Part shown: positions 9,199-18,663 of the stretch, in pieces | Position numbering within the stretch: position 1 is the stretch's first letter | How the letters are laid out: each line of letters starts with the position of its first letter | Assembly: GCA_024275895.1 (NCBI GenBank) | Contig: JAJRYE010000046.1 | Location: 25,411 to 89,410, forward strand | DNA length: 64,000 nt | Direction: 5' to 3' | Source of the DNA: Alphaproteobacteria bacterium | GTDB lineage: Bacteria; Pseudomonadota; Alphaproteobacteria; Rhizobiales; BM303 | Notes under the pieces: generated by a model | The model's input: the letters and a program-made list of their open reading frames with translations, nothing else | What the model was told of the DNA's origin: nothing | The model's database searches: none | Position numbers and translations under genes: made by a program

Positions 9199-9252
9199 AA
9201 AAACAAAAAGTTAGAGCCCGGTTTTGATTCAATCAAAACCGGAAAGGCTCTA
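9199..9252. repeat. Palindromic intergenic repeat (Bru-RS/RIME-like Rhizobiales element)
   Basis: AAACAAAAAGTTAGAGCCCGGTTTTGATTCAATCAAAACCGGAAAGGCTCTA; related copy at 42506-42645. Confidence 0.65.
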
Positions 9253-9882
9253 AAACATGCCCCGGTCAATCGCATAGCGCGTCAGCCCCGCCGTGGAGGT
9301 AATGCCGAGCTTTTGCTTGATATGTTTACGGTGGGTTTCAACCGTCCTGACGCTGATATCAAGCGCGAGCGCGATCTCCTTGTTGCTTCCCCCCGAAGCC
9401 AGCTTGAGCAACACATCGCACTCGCGCGGCGTCAGTTCGCCGCGGTCGGCCTGAGGGCCGGTTTTCATGATCACATCCGATATGCCGGAGCTGAAATAGG
9501 TGCCGCCCGAATGCACCGCGCCGATTGCGGCCACCACCTCGCTTGACGGCACATCTTTCAGGATAAAGCCCCGCGCGCCGTTATGCATGGCGGTGTAGAT
9601 ATATTCACGCTTGTCGTGCATGCTCAGGAATATGACGCGGATTTGAGGAAAATCCCGGCGGAAAATTGCAGCCGCCCGCAGCCCGTTAAGCTCGGGCATA
9701 TTGATATCCAGCAAAACAATATCGGGCGCCGTTTCCGCCGCCATCTCCAGCGCCTGCGCGCCATTGCCCGCGGTTCCGACGATATCGAGATGATCATAGG
9801 TCTCCAGACACGCCCTGATCCCTTCCAGAACCAGCGGATGGTCGTCGGCCAGCAATATTTTTATTTTTCCCTCTTTTCCCAT
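9250..9882 (-). CDS. NarL/LuxR-family response regulator (MctR/ActR-like)
   Basis: REC domain (ADDH, LLDINMP, FILK) plus LuxR HTH (LTPRE...SVRTVETHR). Confidence 0.92.
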   Translation of the reverse strand: MGKEGKIKILLADDHPLVLEGIRACLETYDHLDIVGTAGNGAQALEMAAETAPDIVLLDINMPELNGLRAAAIFRRDFPQIRVIFLSMHDKREYIYTAMHNGARGFILKDVPSSEVVAAIGAVHSGGTYFSSGISDVIMKTGPQADRGELTPRECDVLLKLASGGSNKEIALALDISVRTVETHRKHIKQKLGITSTAGLTRYAIDRGMF

Positions 9883-9901
9883 TTTCCCTTCCCCGGGTTT
9901 C

Positions 9902-11263
9902 TCAGCCCCTTGATGCCGGCAATTGCGCCTTGACCAGCGTTCCGTTTGCCGATGAGACCAGTTTGAGCCTGCCGCCGATATGGGCTAGCCTTTCGCGCAT
10001 GTTTTTCAAACCGATGCCGCTCTCCGGGCCGGCGGATTTGCGCATTTCATCAAAATCAAAGCCGTGACCGTCATCCTTGACATCGAGATATATCCAGTTT
10101 TTCGTGCAGCCCAGCTTCAATTCCACATTTTTCGCCCCGGAATGGCGCTCGATATTGGTCAGCGATTCCTGCGCCACCCTGAACAAGGTTGTGCGCGTAC
10201 CGCGCGGCATGTCTTCGGCCAGGGACGCAGCATCAATCTTCACCTTGATGCCGGTGCGTTCGGAAAAATCCGCCGCCAGAGAGTGCAGCGAGGGGAGCAA
10301 TCCCAGATCATCCAGCATTCCGGGGCGCAGATCACGCGAAATCCGCCGCACTTCGCGGATCGCCCTGGTCACCCCCTGCGTGCCCTTCTCCAGCGCCGGC
10401 AAAACGCCCTTCCGGTTCTTGTTTAACAAGATCCCCGCCAGTTCAAGCGTGTATTTCACCGAGCTTAAATTCTGGCTGATCCCGTCGTGCAACTCGCGCG
10501 CCACCCGGCTGCGTTCCTCCTCCTGCGCCTCGACAATGCGCCGTGTGAGCCTTTTTTGCGACAGGGCCGCCTGCCGGTTTTCCCGAAGGGCAAGATAAAC
10601 CCCGGTGGCAAAAACGGCCGATACGGCGGCAAAGGAGAGGATGGAAATCAGGATGAACACCTGCCTGATCTGGCCGGTGACTTCCGCTTTGAGCTCATCA
10701 ACCCGGGCGCTGATATCATCCATGTAAAGCCCGGTGCCGATCATCCAGCGCCATTTTTCAAGCCCGACCGCATAGCCAATTTTCTCCGACAGCGAGCTGG
10801 CCGAGGGGCGCTCCCACATATAGCGATAATACCCGCCGCCCTTCTTGGCCTGGGCGATCAGGTTCTGGATCACCAGATTGCCTTTTGCGTCTTTCAGATC
10901 CCACCAGTTTTTTCCAACCCTGAAAGCCTGACGCGGATGAACCAGAGAGTTGCCCTTGTAATCATAAACAAAAAAATACCCGTCCGGCCCATAGGACAGA
11001 TCATTCAGGATCACCCGGGCGCGCGCCTTGGCTTCTGCATCATCCGCCTTCGCATGGCGGTAGATATGTTCGATGGAATTGAGCGCCAGAGCGATATAGT
11101 AACGCAGTTCCGCCTTTTTCGCCTCCAGCAAGGAGCGCTCAAGCGTGGCGATCTGTTTGTCCGAGAGATTTTTTGACTGCTCGATAATCAAAGCGCCGAT
11201 GGCCAACATGGCCACAACCAGCGGTAAAGCCGCCAGCAGAACTATTTTTAACCGCAGACTCAA
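9902..11263 (-). CDS. Cache-domain HisKA_3 sensor histidine kinase (MctS/ActS-like)
   Basis: TM-Cache (DGYFFVYD, HP, Y.WERP, W.IGTGLY)-TM, EEERSRVARELHDG, QESLTNIERHS, DDGHGF; start inferred at TTG 11263. Confidence 0.9.
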   Translation of the reverse strand: MSLRLKIVLLAALPLVVAMLAIGALIIEQSKNLSDKQIATLERSLLEAKKAELRYYIALALNSIEHIYRHAKADDAEAKARARVILNDLSYGPDGYFFVYDYKGNSLVHPRQAFRVGKNWWDLKDAKGNLVIQNLIAQAKKGGGYYRYMWERPSASSLSEKIGYAVGLEKWRWMIGTGLYMDDISARVDELKAEVTGQIRQVFILISILSFAAVSAVFATGVYLALRENRQAALSQKRLTRRIVEAQEEERSRVARELHDGISQNLSSVKYTLELAGILLNKNRKGVLPALEKGTQGVTRAIREVRRISRDLRPGMLDDLGLLPSLHSLAADFSERTGIKVKIDAASLAEDMPRGTRTTLFRVAQESLTNIERHSGAKNVELKLGCTKNWIYLDVKDDGHGFDFDEMRKSAGPESGIGLKNMRERLAHIGGRLKLVSSANGTLVKAQLPASRG

Positions 11264-11607
11264 ATTCAGCTTCCCCGTCCCCAGCACGCCCCGCAGTCTA
11301 GCACAGGTGGCATCATCTGTATTCACCACCACAGCGCAGCCCTCCCTACCCAGTATTACGGATACGGTCTCCCAGCTGCTCCGTATAGGCCCGCCGCGCC
11401 GCATTTGCTAGTCTTGGCCGCGCAAAAGGCCCGATCGGGATTTAAGCTGGATATGAGGGTTGTCTTTACCGGTGAGTTGGGCTTTAGTTTCATGGTCTGA
11501 AATTGATGACGCATCTTGTCTCAGGCGCATGAATTACAAACAGTCATGTTGACCGGCCGCGATTTGCCAGGGGCAGCATGACACAGCTACAGGGAGTAAA
11601 TAATAAT

Positions 11608-12696
11608 ATGGATCGTCGCTCATTTTTGAAAAATGCCGGGCTGGCTACCGGCGCCGCCGCAGCTTCAACGCTCGCCGCGCCCGCCATCGCCAAGCAAGTC
11701 AAGCACCTTAAAATGGTCATGTCCTGGCCCAAGAACTTCCCCGGCCTCGGCACATCCGCCGCCCGTTTCGCCAAGAGGATCGAGACCGCCTCGGACGGCA
11801 GATACAAGATCACGCTCTATGCCGGCGGCGAGCTGGTGCATCCGCTCAAATGCCTCGACGCCGTGCAAGAAGGCACCGCCGATCTTTATCACTCGGCGGA
11901 ATATTATTATCAGGGCAAGATGAAAGCCTTCAGTTTCTTCGCCGCCGTTCCTTTCGGCTTCCGCCCCGATGAAATGGACGCCTGGATTCATCATGGCGGC
12001 GGCCAGCAGCTTTGGGACGAGGTTTCGGCCCAGTTTGGCGTCAAGCCCTTTGCATGTTCCAATACCGGCTCGCAGATGGGCGGCTGGTTCAAGAAGCCGA
12101 TCCGCACGGTTGAGGATTTCAAGGGCCTGAAAATGCGCATCCCGGGTCTTGGCGGCGACGTCATCAAGGCGCTGGGCGGCACATCGGTCACCCTGGCCGG
12201 TTCGGAAATCCTGCCCGCATTGCAGGCCGGCACGATTGACGCCACCGAATGGGTCGGCCCGTGGAACGATCTCGCCTTTGGCATCTACAAGATCGTCAAG
12301 CATTACTATTACCCCGGCTTCCATGAGCCGGGAACGGTTTTGAGCCTCGGGGTGAGCAAAAAGCTCTATGATGGCATGAGCGCTGGCGACCGGGCCCTGT
12401 TTGAAGCCTGTGCCACGGCTGAAAACAACTTTGGTCTGGCCGAGTTCAACGCCAACAATTCCGCCGCCCTGGATACGCTGGTGAGCAAGCACGGCGTTGA
12501 ATTGCATGAGTTCTCCGACGGGATCTTCAAGGCCGCAGGCGCCGCCGCCAGGGATGTGCTGGCCTCGGCCGGAGCGGCTGACCCCCTGACCAAAAAGGTC
12601 TATGACAGCTTCATGACTTTCCGCAAAAACGCCGTTAGCTGGTCGCGCATTTCCGATCAGGCCTATATGCAAAAACGCGGGCTTGTCTCCTTCTAG
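11608..12696 (+). CDS. TRAP transporter substrate-binding protein (TakP/alpha-keto acid type), Tat-exported
   Basis: MDRRSFLK Tat signal, SWPKNFPGLG, QMGGWF, LKMRIPG, ATEWVGP, YYPGFHEPG. Confidence 0.93.
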   Translation: MDRRSFLKNAGLATGAAAASTLAAPAIAKQVKHLKMVMSWPKNFPGLGTSAARFAKRIETASDGRYKITLYAGGELVHPLKCLDAVQEGTADLYHSAEYYYQGKMKAFSFFAAVPFGFRPDEMDAWIHHGGGQQLWDEVSAQFGVKPFACSNTGSQMGGWFKKPIRTVEDFKGLKMRIPGLGGDVIKALGGTSVTLAGSEILPALQAGTIDATEWVGPWNDLAFGIYKIVKHYYYPGFHEPGTVLSLGVSKKLYDGMSAGDRALFEACATAENNFGLAEFNANNSAALDTLVSKHGVELHEFSDGIFKAAGAAARDVLASAGAADPLTKKVYDSFMTFRKNAVSWSRISDQAYMQKRGLVSF

Positions 12697-12792
12697 GGGC
12701 GAGGCAAAAAGCCTTACAGCAAAGACCCGCACCGGATTTGTTCCGGTGCGGCTTGTTTTCACAACCGGAGCAGGACCCGTGGGGGGGATCGC

Positions 12793-13326
12793 GTGAAATT
12801 TCTCAATGCACTGGCAACAGGCATAGATACTCTGAATGAGTATACCGGCCGCGGCATCGCCTGGGTGGCGCTCATCATGGTGCTGGTGCAGTTTGCTGTC
12901 GTCATCATGCGCTATGTGTTTTCCATCGGCTTCATTCCGATGCAGGAATCGATCTGGTACATGCACGGCACTTTGTTCATGGTCGGCGCGGGTTATACCC
13001 TGCTGCATGACGGCCATGTCCGGGTGGATATTTTCTACCGCGAAGCCAGCGCCAGACGCAAAGCGCTGGTGAACATGATCGGGGCGCTGGTCTTTCTTAT
13101 TCCGCTGATGCTGCTCACCTTCTGGCTTTCCTGGTCCTATGTCATCAATAGCTGGAAGACTCTTGAAGGTTCTACCGAAATCAGCGGTCTGCCTCTGATC
13201 TTCTTGTACAAAACCGTGATCTGGGTGTTTGCCGTCCTTTTGGGCCTTCAGGCCATCTCCATGGCAATCCGCTCCCTTCAAACGCTTCTGGACGATGATC
13301 CCGGGCTGAAAACCGGCAGGAGTTAG
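12793..13326 (+). CDS. TRAP small permease (DctQ)
   Basis: Four TM helices, HVRVDIFY motif; lies between the SBP and DctM genes. Confidence 0.92.
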   Translation: MKFLNALATGIDTLNEYTGRGIAWVALIMVLVQFAVVIMRYVFSIGFIPMQESIWYMHGTLFMVGAGYTLLHDGHVRVDIFYREASARRKALVNMIGALVFLIPLMLLTFWLSWSYVINSWKTLEGSTEISGLPLIFLYKTVIWVFAVLLGLQAISMAIRSLQTLLDDDPGLKTGRS

Positions 13327-13330
13327 CCAT

Positions 13331-14953
13331 ATGGAAATGTTTCTCCAGCCCGCCGCCTTTTGCGCTTATATGTTTCTGGTCGCCATTTTCCTGCTTCTGA
13401 GCGGATTTCCGGTCGCCTTTACCCTGGCCGGGACTGCGGCCGGCTTTGCCTTTTTGGGTTATTTTATCGGTATTTTCGACATTACCTTCCTGACCGCCTT
13501 TCCCCAGCGCATATTCTCCACCATGTCGAACGAAGTGCTGGTCGCGGTGCCGCTGTTTGTCTTTATGGGGGTGATGCTGGAGCGCTCGAAAGTCGCGGAA
13601 GAGCTGCTCGACAATATGGGCCGCCTGTTCGGACGCATGCCCGGCGGCATTGCCTATTCGGTCTCCATTGTCGGCATGCTGCTCGCCGCCTCCACCGGCA
13701 TTGTCGGCGCCACCGTCGTCACCATGGGGCTTTTGTCCCTGCCCACCATGATCCGGCGCGGTTACAGCCCGTCTTTTGCCTGCGGCTCGATCTGCGCCTC
13801 TGGCACGCTGGGCCAGATTATCCCGCCTTCCATCGTGCTGGTACTGCTGGGCGACCAGCTTTCGGTCGCGTTTCAGAACGCCCAGTTCGCCAAGGGTATT
13901 TTTGCCCCCGACACCGTTTCGGTGAATGATCTGTTTGCCGGGGCGCTTTTTCCCGGCCTGATGCTCGTCGGCATGTATCTCATCTACCAGATCGGTTTTT
14001 CGCTCCTTAACCCCTCCAAGGCGCCGCCAATTCCACCTGAACACCACGAGGATGAAACCGCAAGAGAGTTCTATCTCAATCTCCTCGGATCGTTATTCGC
14101 GCCGCTGATTCTTATCATCGCCGTTTTGGGCTCGATTCTGGCCGGCCTTGCCTCGCCGACGGAAGCGGCCGCCGTCGGCGCCATCGGCGCAACCCTTCTG
14201 GCCGGTTACCGGGTAAACCCCGCCCGCAGCCTGCCGGTTTTTATCGGCGCCCTGTCTCTGGCCGCGGTTTTGACCCTCTCTGTCTTCTTTGATCTTCGCA
14301 TGCAGCGCAATGTCATCCCGGCGGGCGAAAAATTCGCCATCGGCATTGCCCTGATCCTGTCGCTGGGAATCATCTGGGGCGTACTCACCGCCGTTCTGCG
14401 CACCTATGGGCATAACAGCAACGGCGAGAGCGTTTTGATCTCGGTCATGCGCCAGACCATGCTGATCTCGTCCATGGTATTCGTCATTCTGGTCGGCGCC
14501 GGCATGTTCTCCCTGGTGTTCCGCGGCTTTGGCGGTGATATTCTGATCGAGGAGTTTTTGTCCAACCTGCCCGGCGGCACCGTTACCGCCATGCTGGTGG
14601 TGATGGCTGTGATGTTCTTTATGGGCTTTTTTCTTGATTTCCTCGAAATCATTTTCATCGTTGTGCCGATTGTCGCTCCGATCCTGCTTCAGATGGAGGT
14701 CGCCCCCGGTGTATTGATGAGCCCGGTCTGGCTCGGCGTCATGATGGCGATCAATCTGCAAACCTCTTTCCTCACCCCGCCCTTTGGCTTTGCGCTGTTT
14801 TATCTGCGCGGCGTTGCGCCCAATTCGGTGCGCACCATGGATATCTACCGCGGTGTTGCGCCTTTCGTCCTGATCCAGATTGTCGGACTGGTTCTGATCT
14901 GGTTTATGCCGCAAATCGCCACCTGGCTCCCCATCGCGGTTTACGGCCGATAA
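13331..14953 (+). CDS. TRAP large permease (DctM)
   Basis: AVPLFVFMG, SGTLGQIIPPSI, PTEAAAVG, QTSFLTPPFG. Confidence 0.93.
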   Translation: MEMFLQPAAFCAYMFLVAIFLLLSGFPVAFTLAGTAAGFAFLGYFIGIFDITFLTAFPQRIFSTMSNEVLVAVPLFVFMGVMLERSKVAEELLDNMGRLFGRMPGGIAYSVSIVGMLLAASTGIVGATVVTMGLLSLPTMIRRGYSPSFACGSICASGTLGQIIPPSIVLVLLGDQLSVAFQNAQFAKGIFAPDTVSVNDLFAGALFPGLMLVGMYLIYQIGFSLLNPSKAPPIPPEHHEDETAREFYLNLLGSLFAPLILIIAVLGSILAGLASPTEAAAVGAIGATLLAGYRVNPARSLPVFIGALSLAAVLTLSVFFDLRMQRNVIPAGEKFAIGIALILSLGIIWGVLTAVLRTYGHNSNGESVLISVMRQTMLISSMVFVILVGAGMFSLVFRGFGGDILIEEFLSNLPGGTVTAMLVVMAVMFFMGFFLDFLEIIFIVVPIVAPILLQMEVAPGVLMSPVWLGVMMAINLQTSFLTPPFGFALFYLRGVAPNSVRTMDIYRGVAPFVLIQIVGLVLIWFMPQIATWLPIAVYGR

Positions 14954-15061
14954 ACGCCCGGGTTCCGGTCGCGGGAAGTTGTGTTGACAGCCAGCCTTAT
15001 ATTATGTCAGTATTATTGACCTAAATGCAGGCGGCGGGATTGAAGGTATTTTTAGATCACC

Positions 15062-18000
15062 ATGACACTGGCCAGGGTTAGCCTTGAAGACAAATATGAT
15101 TTAGACAAAACCCGCATTTATGTCAGCGGTTCACAGGCGGTTGTCCGCCTTGTTCTCATGCAGCACGCCAGAGACAGGGCGCAGGGCCATGACACCGCCG
15201 GTTTCGTAACCGGTTACCGTGGCTCTCCGGTAGGCGGTATTGACCAGCAATTCTGGCGCGCCGGCAAAACGCTTGAAGCCGCCAGCATCATCTTCCAGCC
15301 CGGTATAAACGAGGATCTGGCCGCCACCGCGCTGTGGGGAACCCAGCAGGCCGGACTTGCCGGCGAGGGTAAATATGACGGCGTCTTCGGGCTCTGGTAC
15401 GGCAAGGGGCCCGGGGTTGATCGCACCGGCGATGTTTTCCGCCACGCCAATCATGCCGGCACATCGGCTCTGGGGGGCGTTGTTGCGCTGATGGGCGATG
15501 ACCATACCTGTGAGTCCTCCACCAGCGCCCATCAAAGCGAATTTGCCCTTGTGGACGCCATGATCCCGATCCTCAACCCGGCCGGGGCGCAGGAAATTCT
15601 TGATTACGGGCTATACGGTTTTGCCCTCTCGCGTTTTAGCGGCTGCTGGGTGGGTTTGAAATGCATCAAGGACAATATCGAATCCACCGCCATTATCGAC
15701 GCCTCTCCCGGACGGGTCAAAATCAACACCCCGGATGATTTTCAAATGCCCCCCGGCGGCCTGAATATCCGCCTCAATGACACGGCGCTGGAAAAAGAGG
15801 CGCGGCTGCATGACTTCAAACGCTACGCCATTCAGGCCTTCACCCACGCCAATCATCTCGACAAGCTTGTCTATGGCGGCGGCAAAGCGCCCAAAATCGG
15901 CATTGTCACCACCGGTAAGAGTTATCTCGATACCGCCCAGGCGCTTGGCGATCTGGGGATCGGCGCGGCCCGCGCCGATGAACTGGGGCTCAAACTCTAC
16001 AAGGTGGCTCTGGTCTGGCCGCTGGAGCCCTCCGGGATCAGGGATTTTGCCAAAGACCTCGATCTGATCATCGTGGTGGAAGAAAAACGCTCGCTGATCG
16101 AAACCCAGATTCGCGAGCAACTTTACGGGGCCCCTTGCGCCCCTCTCATTATCGGCAAGCATGATGAGGAAGGCCGCGATCTTTTCCCCGCCAAGGGCGC
16201 GCTGGAGCCCAACAAGATCGCACTGGCCATTTCAACACGGCTGCTGGAGCGCGCACCCGATGAGGCGTTAAAGGCCAAAAGCGAAGCCATCGCGCAGATC
16301 ACGGGGCGGATTGGCAACACGCCCGAAATTGCCGCCCGCACGCCGTGGTTCTGCTCCGGCTGCCCGCACAACACCTCAACCCGCGTCCCCGAAGGCGCTA
16401 GGGCAAGCGCCGGAATCGGCTGCCACTATATGGCGCTGTGGATGGACCGGCAAACCTGCGGCTTTACCCAGATGGGCGGCGAGGGCGCCAACTGGGTCGG
16501 CGAGGCGCCGTTTTCGACCCGCGATCACATCTTTCAGAATATCGGCGACGGCACTTATCAGCATTCGGGGCTGCTGGCGATCCGGGCCGCAAGCGCCGCC
16601 GGGGTTAACATCACCTATAAAATCCTCTTTAACGATGCCGTCGCCATGACCGGCGGCCAGCCGGTTGACGGCGCGCTGAGCGTGGCCAAAATAGCGCATC
16701 AGGTTGCCGCTGAAGGCGCAAGGCGGATTTACATCCTGAGCGATCATCCGGAAAAATACCCGTTGCAGAGTGATTTTCCACCCGGCACAATCATCAAACA
16801 CCGAGATTATCTCAATCCGGTTCAGGAGGAACTGGCGCGGGTAAAGGGGCTCAGCATCCTCATTTTTGACCAGACCTGCGCCGCCGAGCTGCGCCGCCGC
16901 CGCAAGCGCGGCTTGGCAAAAACTCCGAAACAGCGGGTATTTATCAATTCCCTCGTCTGTGAGGGCTGCGGCGATTGTTCGGTGCAGTCAAACTGCGTCT
17001 CCATCATTCCCCTTGAGACCGAATACGGCCGTAAACGCGCCATACATCAATCCTCCTGCAACAAGGATTTTTCCTGTCTCGACGGGTTCTGCCCCAGCTT
17101 TGTCACCATAACGGGGGCAAGGCTCAAAGCCGGAACAACGGCGCGGCTCAACGAACCGGCGGACGGTTTTGAAGATATACCTATGCCGCGAGTTCCGCCT
17201 CTGGATAAAAACTTCGCCATGGTCATCACCGGCGTTGGCGGCACCGGTGTTGTCACTATCGGCGCGCTGATAGGCATGGCGGCGCATCTTGAGGGCAAGG
17301 GCTGTGGCATTATCGATATGGCCGGTCTGGCGCAAAAGGGCGGTGCGGTAATCTCCAATCTGCGCCTTGCCCCCTCGCCGGACGACATTCAGGCCATCCG
17401 GGTCGCCGCCGGCGGGGCCGATCCGGTTCTGGGCTGCGATTATGTGGTCACTGCCTCCGAAAAAGTCCTCGCTTGCATCAAACCCGGGCGCACGAAACTG
17501 GCGGTCAATAATCACGAGACCATCACGGCCGATTTTACCCTTGACCCGGATGCGGTCCTGCCGACGGATTTGATCAGAACCGTCATTACGGCCAGGGCGG
17601 GCGCAAATAGCGCCGATTTCATTGATGCGGGCACATTGGCAACCCGGCTGATGGGCGATTCCATTGCCGCCAATTTGTTTCTGCTCGGCTTTGCCTGGCA
17701 AAAGGCCATGCTGCCGCTCTCCCATGACGCCCTGATCCGCGCCATAAAGATCAACGGCGTCGCCGTTGAGATGAATACAAAAGCCTTTTTATGGGGCCGC
17801 CGCGCCGCCTGGGACATCGCCCGGGTCGAGACAATCGCCAATACGCAAGGCACTGCCTCATCCGATCTGCATCTGTCCTCCAGCCTCGACGAGGCCATCG
17901 CAAGACGCATGGATGAGCTCACCGCCTACCAGAACGCCGCCCTTGCCGCCCGTTATGAAAAACTGGTTGAAAGGACAAGAGAGGCCGAGGCCAAAATCGA

Positions 18001-18529
18001 AGCCCGGAGCAAAGAGTTAAGCCGCGCCGTGATGTTCAATTATCACAAACTGCTTGGCTACAAGGACGAGTACGAAGTGGCGCGGCTTTTCAGCAATGGC
18101 GAATTTGAGGCCACCTTGCGCAATCATTTCAGCGGCGACATTCAGATCGAATTCCAGTTTGCCCCCCCCTTCATCGCCCAGCGCGACAAGGCCACCCGCC
18201 GCCTGCGCAAATTGCGCTTTGGCCCATGGATGATGCGGGCGCTGCGCCTGCTCGCCGGACTGAAAATCATACGCGGCAGTCTCCTCGATCCCTTCAGATA
18301 CCAGCCCGAACGCGCTCTGGAGCGCGCCCTCATCCGCCAGTATGAAACCGATATTTCAACCGTTCTGGACCGTCTGAACCGCAACAATTACCAGATCGCG
18401 GTTGATATCGCCTCGCTTCCCGCCGGCATCCGCGGATTTGGCCCCATCAAGATCGAAGCGGCAAAACAGGCCGAAGCCAAAAGAGATGACCTGTTCACAC
18501 GGTTTTACGCCGAATCCGCAACATCTTAG
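15062..18529 (+). CDS. Indolepyruvate:ferredoxin oxidoreductase family, fused alpha/beta subunits
   Basis: GYRGSP, WYGKGPGVDR, FCSGCPHN, GDGTY TPP motif, CEGCGDC ferredoxin motif, GVGGTG and GLAQKGG, YKDEYEVARL. Confidence 0.93.
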   Translation: MTLARVSLEDKYDLDKTRIYVSGSQAVVRLVLMQHARDRAQGHDTAGFVTGYRGSPVGGIDQQFWRAGKTLEAASIIFQPGINEDLAATALWGTQQAGLAGEGKYDGVFGLWYGKGPGVDRTGDVFRHANHAGTSALGGVVALMGDDHTCESSTSAHQSEFALVDAMIPILNPAGAQEILDYGLYGFALSRFSGCWVGLKCIKDNIESTAIIDASPGRVKINTPDDFQMPPGGLNIRLNDTALEKEARLHDFKRYAIQAFTHANHLDKLVYGGGKAPKIGIVTTGKSYLDTAQALGDLGIGAARADELGLKLYKVALVWPLEPSGIRDFAKDLDLIIVVEEKRSLIETQIREQLYGAPCAPLIIGKHDEEGRDLFPAKGALEPNKIALAISTRLLERAPDEALKAKSEAIAQITGRIGNTPEIAARTPWFCSGCPHNTSTRVPEGARASAGIGCHYMALWMDRQTCGFTQMGGEGANWVGEAPFSTRDHIFQNIGDGTYQHSGLLAIRAASAAGVNITYKILFNDAVAMTGGQPVDGALSVAKIAHQVAAEGARRIYILSDHPEKYPLQSDFPPGTIIKHRDYLNPVQEELARVKGLSILIFDQTCAAELRRRRKRGLAKTPKQRVFINSLVCEGCGDCSVQSNCVSIIPLETEYGRKRAIHQSSCNKDFSCLDGFCPSFVTITGARLKAGTTARLNEPADGFEDIPMPRVPPLDKNFAMVITGVGGTGVVTIGALIGMAAHLEGKGCGIIDMAGLAQKGGAVISNLRLAPSPDDIQAIRVAAGGADPVLGCDYVVTASEKVLACIKPGRTKLAVNNHETITADFTLDPDAVLPTDLIRTVITARAGANSADFIDAGTLATRLMGDSIAANLFLLGFAWQKAMLPLSHDALIRAIKINGVAVEMNTKAFLWGRRAAWDIARVETIANTQGTASSDLHLSSSLDEAIARRMDELTAYQNAALAARYEKLVERTREAEAKIEARSKELSRAVMFNYHKLLGYKDEYEVARLFSNGEFEATLRNHFSGDIQIEFQFAPPFIAQRDKATRRLRKLRFGPWMMRALRLLAGLKIIRGSLLDPFRYQPERALERALIRQYETDISTVLDRLNRNNYQIAVDIASLPAGIRGFGPIKIEAAKQAEAKRDDLFTRFYAESATS

Positions 18530-18663
18530 AGTTAATGTAAATATTGATCCCGGCTCATAATTTCCCCTTAGACAAAAGAAGGCTTGATTTGCGGCTCATT
18601 TGTGCGTTTGATGTCAGCAATAATTAATAAGCAATCAATCAGTTGTCCGATCAGGGAGAAGCA

